Below are positions 8,100 to 16,518 of a stretch of 64,000 nt of DNA, piece after piece. The DNA comes from Archangiaceae bacterium (GTDB lineage Bacteria > Myxococcota > Myxococcia > Myxococcales > Myxococcaceae), in the NCBI GenBank assembly GCA_043750125.1, contig JAYVCD010000034.1:561-64560 (forward strand). Reading direction: 5' to 3'. A program made the translations under genes and the position numbers. Position 1 is the stretch's first letter. Every line of letters begins with the position of its first letter. The notes under the pieces are model-generated. The model was not told the DNA's origin and ran no database searches. It saw nothing but the letters and a program-made list of their open reading frames with translations.

Positions 8100-8450
8100 A
8101 TGAAGATGCGCCTCAAAGTCGATTTCCACTTCAGTTCCGCCCATGCGCTGCCGTTCTACGAAGGAGTCTGCAAGCGGATGCATGGGCACAACTACCGGCT
8201 CCAGGTCACCGTCGAAGGCAAGCCCAACCCCAACGATGGAATGATTCGCGACTTCGAGGACATCAAGAAGCGGGTGTGGGACGCGGCGCTCACCCAGTGC
8301 GACCACCACTGTCTGAATGACCTGATTGAAAACCCGACCGCCGAGAACATGGGCACGTGGATCTGGGAAAAGTTGAAGCCCAACATCGAAGGGCTCCAGG
8401 CCATCACGCTTTGGGAAAATCCGGACTACTGCGTGACCGTCGAGGTCTGA
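8100..8450 (+). CDS. QueD / 6-pyruvoyl-tetrahydropterin synthase family protein (paralog 1)
   Basis: 116 aa. Contains FSSAHALPFYEGVCKRMHGHNY...DHHCLND...ENPTAENM, i.e. T-fold Zn-binding His residues plus the catalytic Cys. Confidence 0.8.
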   Translation: MKMRLKVDFHFSSAHALPFYEGVCKRMHGHNYRLQVTVEGKPNPNDGMIRDFEDIKKRVWDAALTQCDHHCLNDLIENPTAENMGTWIWEKLKPNIEGLQAITLWENPDYCVTVEV

Positions 8451-8466
8451 TTCGAACCGGGGTGGG

Positions 8467-8877
8467 TCAAGCCGCCGGGTTCTTTTTGACTGCCGGGTCG
8501 AACCCGACTTGTTCGGCGAGCGCTGCTTGAAGGGTCGATCGAAGCTCAGCATTCTCCCAGGGTTTGGTCATGAAGCGGTCGATTTCCCCTGCGGCGAGGG
8601 CTTCGGCGACCCGCTCGGGCATGAAGCCGGTGATGATGATTTTCACGCAGGGTCGAAACCGACGCTTGACCTCCCGCATCAGCTCGAGGCCGGTCATTCC
8701 AGGCATCAGGTGGTCAGAAATCACCGCGATGAAGTCGTGTTTCTCGAGTAATTCCAGGGCTTGCTGCCCACTGGCGGCGGTGAGGATTCGAAACCCGGTT
8801 GAGCGCAGGGTCCGTTCCAACGCACGGCGAACCAGCTCATCGTCATCAACGATCAAGATGTTCTGTCCGCTGTCCAT
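8467..8877 (-). CDS. Stand-alone response regulator receiver
   Basis: ILIVDDDELV...VISDHLMPGMTGLEL...IDRFMTKPWE is a CheY-like REC domain with no output domain. Confidence 0.85.
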   Translation of the reverse strand: MDSGQNILIVDDDELVRRALERTLRSTGFRILTAASGQQALELLEKHDFIAVISDHLMPGMTGLELMREVKRRFRPCVKIIITGFMPERVAEALAAGEIDRFMTKPWENAELRSTLQAALAEQVGFDPAVKKNPAA

Positions 8878-8920
8878 CTGGGTGAACAGATCAACTTTCG
8901 GACCAAACGCCTTTTACGGG

Positions 8921-8936
8921 CGGCTCCGCGATTGCT
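8921..8936 (+). promoter_or_regulatory. Candidate sigma54 (-24/-12) promoter upstream of the EBP gene
   Basis: cGGCTCCgcgaTTGCT fits TGGCAC-N5-TTGCW, with GG and GC exactly 10 nt apart. The GC lies 15 nt before ATG 8951, and no SD is visible. Confidence 0.3.
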
Positions 8937-8950
8937 TTACCGCAGCTCAC

Positions 8951-10417
<1,467 letters not shown>

Positions 10418-10440
10418 ACTCTCGCGGCTGGGTGGACTTC

Positions 10441-10745
10441 GCTGTCCAGCCGCAATGAAGTCTAAAGAGTCCTGTCGTCAGTACGAGGCGCCGACCGGGC
10501 GCACCGCGGTGTTCACCCGCAATGAAGTCCAAAGAGTCCTGTCGTCAGTACGAGGCGCCGACCGGGCGCACCGCGGTGTTCACCCGCAGTGAAGTCCAAA
10601 CAGTTCTCACGTCAGTACGAGGCGGCGACCGGGTGCACCGCGGTGTTCACCCGCAGTGACGTCCAAAGAGTCCTCCCGTCAGTATGAGGCGGCGACCCGG
10701 AGCACCGCGGTGTTCACCCGCAGTGAAGTCCAAAGAGTCCTGTCG
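10441..10745. repeat. 67-bp tandem repeat array: four full copies plus partial copies at both ends, non-coding
   Basis: Unit starts at 10457, 10524, 10591, 10658 and 10725, an exact period of 67. The core caccgcggtgttcacccgca is identical in all full copies. The array fills the gap between the convergent stops at 10417 and 10770. Confidence 0.9.
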
Positions 10746-10769
10746 AAGGCGGGGGGGCGGCTGCCCTTG

Positions 10770-12443
10770 TCAGCCGTCTTTGCGCAGCTTCACAGTGAAC
10801 GTCGAACCCTGGCCGAGCACCGAAGCGACTTCGATGTCACCGCCGGCGCGCCGAATGATGCCGTAGGCCGCGGTGAGCCCGAGCCCGATGCCCTTGCCGA
10901 CCCCTCGGGTGGTAAAAAACGGCTCGAAAATGCGCCTCAGATTTTCAGGCGAGATGCCCGTGCCTTCATCCTGGATCTCGATTCTGACCTCGGTGTCCGA
11001 TTGGCTGGTTCGCACCCGAACGGCTTGACCCGGTTTCACGGCCTGGTGCGCATTTTTCAAGATGTGGCCCAGCGCCTGATCCAGCTGAAGCGGAGCGATC
11101 TGCGCCAACGTCGTCGCGTCGAGTGTCACCACCGGTCTGCCGGCCTCCGGAAGCCGAGCCGCAAGCCGCGACACCGACGAATTGACGTTACTCGGCTCCG
11201 CACTCGAGACCTCGAGCCGAGAGAATTCTCTCAGCCCGGCAACGATTTCCTTTACCCGCCGCACTCCGTCCAGGGACTCGGCGACCATCTCCTGCCCGTC
11301 GGAAAGATCGGTCGCATTGGCCGTACCTGCAACGACTTCGCCGAGCAGACCCTTCAGTGATTGCAGGTTCGCATTCACGAAGCCGATCGGATTGTTGATC
11401 TCGTGCGCCGCGCCATCGGCGAGCTGACCCACCGCGATCAGCCGCTCACCTTCGCGGGCCTTCTCTTCGAGTTGTTTCTGAATCGTCACATCTCGGTACT
11501 GCACCACCACCGACGTGTCGGTCGCATCTTCATGAGCAAGCCAGAATCCCGAGAAGCGAAAGGTTGACCCGTGCGAGTCGATTTCAGCGGCCAGCTCGTG
11601 CGCCCCGCGGCCCTTGAGCAGGGGACAGGCGGGGCAGGGCGTCGGGCGGCCCGCGATCAGCTCGTGGCAGCGGCGGCCGGTCACCTGCGTGATGGGGACC
11701 CCGACGGCCCGCGACCAGGCAAGGTTCGCGCGGCGAATCACGAAGCCGTCTTGCACTGCGATCGGGTCGCTGATCGCATCGAACGTGCGTTCCCACTCGC
11801 GTTTGGCGCGGCTCAACATGTGGGTGCGCTGCTCGACCTTTTCTTCGAGGCCCGCATTGATCGCGATCAACTGGGTATGCGCCGCCCGAAGCCGTTCATC
11901 GACCTGCGCTTGACGCACGGCGATCACCACGTGGGGGGCCAGGTCGATCAGACGCTTGAGGTACCGTTCGTCGAACGGCTCTTCTGCCGCGCCGCGCACC
12001 GCTTCCAGCACGCCCAGGCATTGGCCCCGGTGGACGAGGGGAACCGCAATGATCGACCCGGCCGCAAAGCCACTGAGCTCGTCGACCGACGGCTCGAACT
12101 CGGGGCACGCACGGGCTTCCACCACCAGCACCGGCTCGCGCTCGCGGGCAACGCGCCCCGCGACTCCACGGCCCGCGGCGATCTTCACATGCTCGATTCG
12201 CCCCGCCCCTGGGCCTTCAACGCGATCGAAGGACAGCTCCATCGTGTCCCCGTCGAGCAGCAGCAGGCTGGCTCCGTCGGCATCGCAGAGTGCGCGGGTG
12301 TGTTCGATCGCCGTCGCGATCAGATCGCTGACTGAGCGCTGCGCCGCGATGGCTTGTGCGATTCGGTTGATGAGCTTTGCGCTCAGCGCACACTCGAGCA
12401 GGGCTGCCCTGTCGTCCGGCTCCCGATCGTCTTCGGTGATCAT
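10770..12443 (-). CDS. GAF-PAS sensor histidine kinase
   Basis: N-terminal GAF-like region, PAS domain, H-box AAHEINNPIGFV, and an HATPase with GTGISPENLRRIFEPFFTT...GIGLGL. Confidence 0.85.
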   Translation of the reverse strand: MITEDDREPDDRAALLECALSAKLINRIAQAIAAQRSVSDLIATAIEHTRALCDADGASLLLLDGDTMELSFDRVEGPGAGRIEHVKIAAGRGVAGRVAREREPVLVVEARACPEFEPSVDELSGFAAGSIIAVPLVHRGQCLGVLEAVRGAAEEPFDERYLKRLIDLAPHVVIAVRQAQVDERLRAAHTQLIAINAGLEEKVEQRTHMLSRAKREWERTFDAISDPIAVQDGFVIRRANLAWSRAVGVPITQVTGRRCHELIAGRPTPCPACPLLKGRGAHELAAEIDSHGSTFRFSGFWLAHEDATDTSVVVQYRDVTIQKQLEEKAREGERLIAVGQLADGAAHEINNPIGFVNANLQSLKGLLGEVVAGTANATDLSDGQEMVAESLDGVRRVKEIVAGLREFSRLEVSSAEPSNVNSSVSRLAARLPEAGRPVVTLDATTLAQIAPLQLDQALGHILKNAHQAVKPGQAVRVRTSQSDTEVRIEIQDEGTGISPENLRRIFEPFFTTRGVGKGIGLGLTAAYGIIRRAGGDIEVASVLGQGSTFTVKLRKDG

Positions 12444-12451
12444 CTCAAACC

Positions 12452-12988
12452 CTAGACCGAGGCGACCGCCATCGGGTCGTCATCGAGCAGAATCGCTCCT
12501 TCCGAGTTCCGGCGAAGGTCTCCAATGCCCGGATACTGGGTCTCGAGATCTTTGATCAGGTCGGCCTGGCGTCGAACGGTGGCCAGCAAACGGCGGTGCT
12601 CGCGCTCGAGATCCAGATGCTCGAAGGCAAGGTACAAGGTGACCTTCAGCTCGACGTCGTCCCACGGCTTGGTCAAGAACCGGTAGACCTGCCCGTCGTT
12701 GATTGCCCTGATCGCCGTGTCCATGTCGGCGTGACCGGTGAGCAGCACCCGCACGCTGTTCGGGTGGCGGTCCCGAACGATGCCCAGGAACTCGAGCCCG
12801 GTCATGTTGGGCATCATGTGATCGCTGAGCACGAGGTCGACCTTCTCGACCTTGAGGATCTCCAGCCCCTGGGCCGGCTCGTTGGCGACGAGAATGTCGT
12901 AGCCTTCCTTGCGCAGGCTGCGGCGCAGGGCGTTGCAGATGTTGATCTCGTCGTCGACTACAAGAATGCGGCGGGGGGCGGTGGTCAT
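12452..12988 (-). CDS. Response regulator (REC plus short C-terminal extension)
   Basis: RILVVDDEINI...VLSDHMMPNMTGLEF...VYRFLTKPWDDVEL. Confidence 0.85.
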   Translation of the reverse strand: MTTAPRRILVVDDEINICNALRRSLRKEGYDILVANEPAQGLEILKVEKVDLVLSDHMMPNMTGLEFLGIVRDRHPNSVRVLLTGHADMDTAIRAINDGQVYRFLTKPWDDVELKVTLYLAFEHLDLEREHRRLLATVRRQADLIKDLETQYPGIGDLRRNSEGAILLDDDPMAVASV

Positions 12989-13052
12989 GTTTCTCCTCGA
13001 AGGCGGACGAGGAGACGTTGAGCAACGTGTGTGCCGTCGCTTCAGCCTTGAT

Positions 13053-14240
13053 TCACCGGGGAATCGTGGGGGTCAACGGCGTCGGCGAGGTCAAAGCTGA
13101 CTCGTGCGCGGGGTGATCTTCCATTCGCGGAAAGACCAGCTCGAACGAGGCCCCCTGGCCTTCTTCGCTGCGCACCCGAATGCGCCCGTTGCTCTGGCAA
13201 ACGATGCCCCAGGCCGTCGCCAGCCCCAGCCCCACGCCCTTGCCCCGGGGCTTGGTGGTGAAGAACGGTTCGAACAAGTGCATACGGGTCCGGGCGTTCA
13301 TTCCCACCCCCGAGTCTTCGACACCCAGGCTCACCCACTTTCCCTCAGGCTCGAGATTCGAGGCCGACAGGTTCGAGGTGGAAAAGGTCAGCTGGCCACC
13401 CTGGGGCATCGCGTCCCGCGCATTGAGCGCGAGCTGCACCACGACGCGCTCGAGCTGCTGGGCGTCGGCGTGAATCGCCCCTACCTGAGGGTCGAGCTGG
13501 GTGATCACGCGAATCGACGGACCCAGCTGGCCCCGGACCTCGTCGAGCGCCGCCTTGACGATCTCGTTCACCGACACCGGCCCAGGCACCAACAGCTGAC
13601 GTCGACTGAAGGAAAGCAGCTGGCGGGTCAGATCGACGGCCCGTCGGCAGGCGAGACGAATCTCTTCCGTCATCGGCTGCGAAGGGTGGTCGGCGGCGAG
13701 CTCGTCGTGGATCAGCGCACCCGCTGACCCGATGATGCTCAGCAGGTTGTTGAAGTCGTGGGCCACTTGCCCGGCGAGTCGACCGATGGCGTCCATCTTC
13801 TGCGCCTGGAGCACCTGTTCATCGCGGGCCTGGAATGCACCCGGCGTCTGTCCGGTCTCGCTTTGGGTCGTCGCAACGCGCCAGTGGACCACCACCGACT
13901 TCACTTGAGGATCTTCGAGCAGGTTGCGACTTGCCGCCGCGATCCACTTCCAGCTTCCGTCGCGATGCTTCATCCGCAGGCAGCTGGACACCGCGACCCC
14001 GGGTGAAGACATCACCTGGACCCACAACCGCTGCGCTTCAGCAAGATGGTCGGGGTGAACTTCGGCGAAGGCTTTCGACGGGTGGGTCTGCCCGGGCTGT
14101 CCTCCTGCCAGCTGTCCGTCTTTGTCACTGGTGACTCTGACCACTGCATTTTCATCGAGAAGGCTGACCGCCTGGAAAGGGAGCTCGCTCAGCAAATCGG
14201 CGAAGCGCCCTGGGCTCACACATGGGTCCGTCGTTTCCAC
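13053..14240 (-). CDS. PAS sensor histidine kinase
   Basis: PAS-like N-terminus, H-box AGQVAHDFNNLLSII, and an HATPase with GVGMNARTRMHLFEPFFTTK...GVGLGLA. Confidence 0.85.
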   Translation of the reverse strand: METTDPCVSPGRFADLLSELPFQAVSLLDENAVVRVTSDKDGQLAGGQPGQTHPSKAFAEVHPDHLAEAQRLWVQVMSSPGVAVSSCLRMKHRDGSWKWIAAASRNLLEDPQVKSVVVHWRVATTQSETGQTPGAFQARDEQVLQAQKMDAIGRLAGQVAHDFNNLLSIIGSAGALIHDELAADHPSQPMTEEIRLACRRAVDLTRQLLSFSRRQLLVPGPVSVNEIVKAALDEVRGQLGPSIRVITQLDPQVGAIHADAQQLERVVVQLALNARDAMPQGGQLTFSTSNLSASNLEPEGKWVSLGVEDSGVGMNARTRMHLFEPFFTTKPRGKGVGLGLATAWGIVCQSNGRIRVRSEEGQGASFELVFPRMEDHPAHESALTSPTPLTPTIPR

Positions 14241-14268
14241 CGCGCCAATCTACGCCCGGGGGGCGAAA

Positions 14269-14742
14269 TTATTGGAGCAGGAAAGTCTGCGTGGCGCGGG
14301 AAACCTGCTCGGCGTCCAGGAACACGCGAACCGACCAGGTCCCGGTCATCGAGAACTGCTGAATCCAGGTTCCCGCGACCGGCATCGAAGTCCAGACCCG
14401 ATAGTGGGTCGAGGTTCCGGTGCTGAACGGCACTTCGGTGCGCTGGAAGACGGTTCCGCCCGGCGAGGTGATTTCGAAGGCGGCCAGGTGCTGTCCAGCC
14501 AGCGCGACCGGAAGATCGAAGGCCATGAACAGGTCGTAGGTGGTCGCGATGACGAAGCTGGTCTTGAAGATGGGGTTGGTCGAGGTCGCGCTGACCTGCA
14601 CCTGCCAAACCGCCGCCGCAGGGCGCGCGGCCTTCAACTCGGCCTGGCTCGTCGCCGAAAGATCTTCTGCGGCCGGGACCATCGGGCTGCCGCAGGCAAC
14701 CAGAGTCAGGGAAACGAGAGCAGCGAGCAGTGTGTTGTTCAT
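14269..14742 (-). CDS. Lipoprotein of unknown function
   Basis: ORF 14269..14760. ATG 14742 gives MNNTLLAALVSLTLVACG (lipobox LVAC). It is the first gene of the minus-strand HK-RR-HK string. Confidence 0.6.
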   Translation of the reverse strand: MNNTLLAALVSLTLVACGSPMVPAAEDLSATSQAELKAARPAAAVWQVQVSATSTNPIFKTSFVIATTYDLFMAFDLPVALAGQHLAAFEITSPGGTVFQRTEVPFSTGTSTHYRVWTSMPVAGTWIQQFSMTGTWSVRVFLDAEQVSRATQTFLLQ

Positions 14743-14755
14743 GCTGGAGACGTTT

Positions 14756-14771
14756 TGCAAACCTGCTGCCG
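14756..14771 (-). promoter_or_regulatory. Candidate sigma54 (-24/-12) promoter for the lipoprotein-HK-RR-HK operon
   Basis: The minus strand reads cGGCAGCaggtTTGCA, against the consensus TGGCAC-N5-TTGCA. GG-N10-GC spacing is correct. The GC lies 14 nt before ATG 14742. Confidence 0.4.
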
Positions 14772-14882
14772 TCGTGCAGCCCAGCGGGCAAGCACACTTG
14801 GGGTCCCGGGCAGCGGGTCGTTCCGGGTGTCGCAGGGTGAACGGTGACTGAAACCGGCAGCTGCGCTAGGAGCTCAGGAGCC

Positions 14883-15233
14883 ATGGACATGTTGCTCTCG
14901 GTCGATTTTCACTTCTGCGCCGCACACCACCTGCCGTTCTACGACGGGCCGTGCAAGCGCCTTCACGGTCACAACTACCAACTGCGCGTCACGTTGACCG
15001 GTCGCCCTTCACCCAAAGACGGAATGATTCGCGACTTCGACGAGATCAAGCGCACCGTTACCGAGTTGGTGTTGATCGAGTGCGACCACCACAACCTCAA
15101 CGACCTGATGGAAAACCCGACCGCCGAGAACATGGTGGTGTGGATGTGGGACCGCCTCGAGAAGCACATCGACGGGTTGCGCGAGCTTCAGCTTTGGGAA
15201 ACCCCCGAGTACTGCGTCACCTACCGGAAGTGA
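14883..15233 (+). CDS. QueD / 6-pyruvoyl-tetrahydropterin synthase family protein (paralog 2)
   Basis: MDMLLSVDFHFCAAHHLPFYDGPCKRLHGHNY...DHHNLND...ENPTAENM. A hand alignment with the 8100..8450 product gives 70/116 identical residues. Confidence 0.8.
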   Translation: MDMLLSVDFHFCAAHHLPFYDGPCKRLHGHNYQLRVTLTGRPSPKDGMIRDFDEIKRTVTELVLIECDHHNLNDLMENPTAENMVVWMWDRLEKHIDGLRELQLWETPEYCVTYRK

Positions 15234-15244
15234 ATCGCCCCGCG

Positions 15245-15802
15245 ATGCGGCGTGCGGTGAAGGACTTTCTGACCGCCGCGGGGCTGAACCTGTCGGACCC
15301 CAACCTGGCCCAGACTCCGAGCCGGGTCGCCGACGCGTGGGCGGACGAATTTCTCGATGGGTACGGACGGTCGGCGGCCGAAGTTCTGGGCGAGCGCTTT
15401 CCGGTCTCGAAGGCCTCCCAGCGTGAGCTGGTCGTGGTGACCGGCCTCCACTTCCGTTCGATGTGCCCGCACCACCTGTTGCCCTACTCCGGCCGCGCGA
15501 CGGTCGCCTACCTGCCGGGAAAAACAGTCGTCGGGTTCGGCAGACTCGCTTCGCTGGTCGACCTCTTCGCCCACCGGTTGATCCTTCAAGAAGAGCTGGC
15601 CCGCCAGGTCGCGGTCGCCTTGAAAGTCCACCTGCGCTCTCCGGCCACCGCCTGCGTGCTCGAAGCCGAGCAGACCTGCCTGCGCCTGCGCGGAGGCCAC
15701 CAGCACGACGCGGTGACTCACGCCGAGGCGTACGAAGGAAAATTGAGCCGCGACTCCGCGCTTCGGCGCGAGCTGTGGGCCCGGATAGGAAAAAAGAAAT
15801 GA
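15245..15802 (+). CDS. folE: GTP cyclohydrolase I-like protein (divergent FolE)
   Basis: 185 aa. Contains PNLAQTPSRVADAW, SMCPHHLLPYSGRATVAYLPGKTVVGFGRLA and QTCLRLRG, which align to FolE Zn-site segments. CPHH replaces the canonical CEHH. Confidence 0.65.
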   Translation: MRRAVKDFLTAAGLNLSDPNLAQTPSRVADAWADEFLDGYGRSAAEVLGERFPVSKASQRELVVVTGLHFRSMCPHHLLPYSGRATVAYLPGKTVVGFGRLASLVDLFAHRLILQEELARQVAVALKVHLRSPATACVLEAEQTCLRLRGGHQHDAVTHAEAYEGKLSRDSALRRELWARIGKKK

Positions 15803-16518
15803 AGACCCGCCGCAAACCTTTTCTCCAGCCGTACCCCCCGACCATCGCGCTGGTGACGGGCGCTTCCCGAGGCATCGGAGCGGCGATCGCCCGCGCCCTG
15901 GCAGGCCTGGGGCTCGACTTGATTTTGACCTCGACCCGGAAGGGAGGCACCCGGGGGACCGCCGAAGAGTGCCGGGGTCACGGAATTGAAGTGCTCGAGT
16001 TGGCGCACGACGCGGGCTCGCGCGCAGACGCAGATCGCGTCGTGGCCGCTGCGATCAAACGGTTTGGTCAGGTCGACATCCTGATCAACAACGCGGGCCA
16101 GGTCATTCGCAAGCCGGTGGTGAAGATGTCCGACGACGACTTCGATGACGTGCTGCGCACGAACCTCAGCGGCCCGTTCTACCTGACCCGCCGACTGCTG
16201 CCCGGAATGGTGAAGCGGGGGCTGGGCAGAATCATCAACATCTCGTCGATTTCGGCCACGCTCGGCTCTGAGAACCACACCGGCTATTGCGCTTCGAAAT
16301 GGGGGCTGGACGGCTTCACCAAGGCCCTGGCCGAAGAGACGCGCGGCACCGGAGTGCTGGTCTGCTCGGTGTTGCCCGGAAGCGTGGACACCCAGATGCT
16401 CAAAGGCTCGGGTTTTCCTCCGATGATGGGCGCGTGGGAAGTCGCTGACGTCGTCCGCTACCTGGCCTTCGAAGCGCCGCTGGCCCTGCACGGCGGCCGG
16501 GTGGAAGTCTTCGGGTGA
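15799..16518 (+). CDS. Short-chain dehydrogenase/reductase (classical SDR)
   Basis: The ATG overlaps the folE stop (ATGA). Contains TGASRGIGAAIA, NNAG and the S...YCASK catalytic motif. Confidence 0.8.
   Translation: MKTRRKPFLQPYPPTIALVTGASRGIGAAIARALAGLGLDLILTSTRKGGTRGTAEECRGHGIEVLELAHDAGSRADADRVVAAAIKRFGQVDILINNAGQVIRKPVVKMSDDDFDDVLRTNLSGPFYLTRRLLPGMVKRGLGRIINISSISATLGSENHTGYCASKWGLDGFTKALAEETRGTGVLVCSVLPGSVDTQMLKGSGFPPMMGAWEVADVVRYLAFEAPLALHGGRVEVFG

Noticed and set aside
10441-10745. Possible CRISPR array.
   Set aside because: The whole 67-bp unit repeats. There are no unique spacers between short repeats, and no cas genes are nearby.
14744-14758. Plus-strand tGGAGACGTTTTGCA as a sigma54 promoter for QueD paralog 2.
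   Set aside because: The GG-to-GC spacing is 9 nt rather than 10. The same TTGCA belongs to the better minus-strand match.
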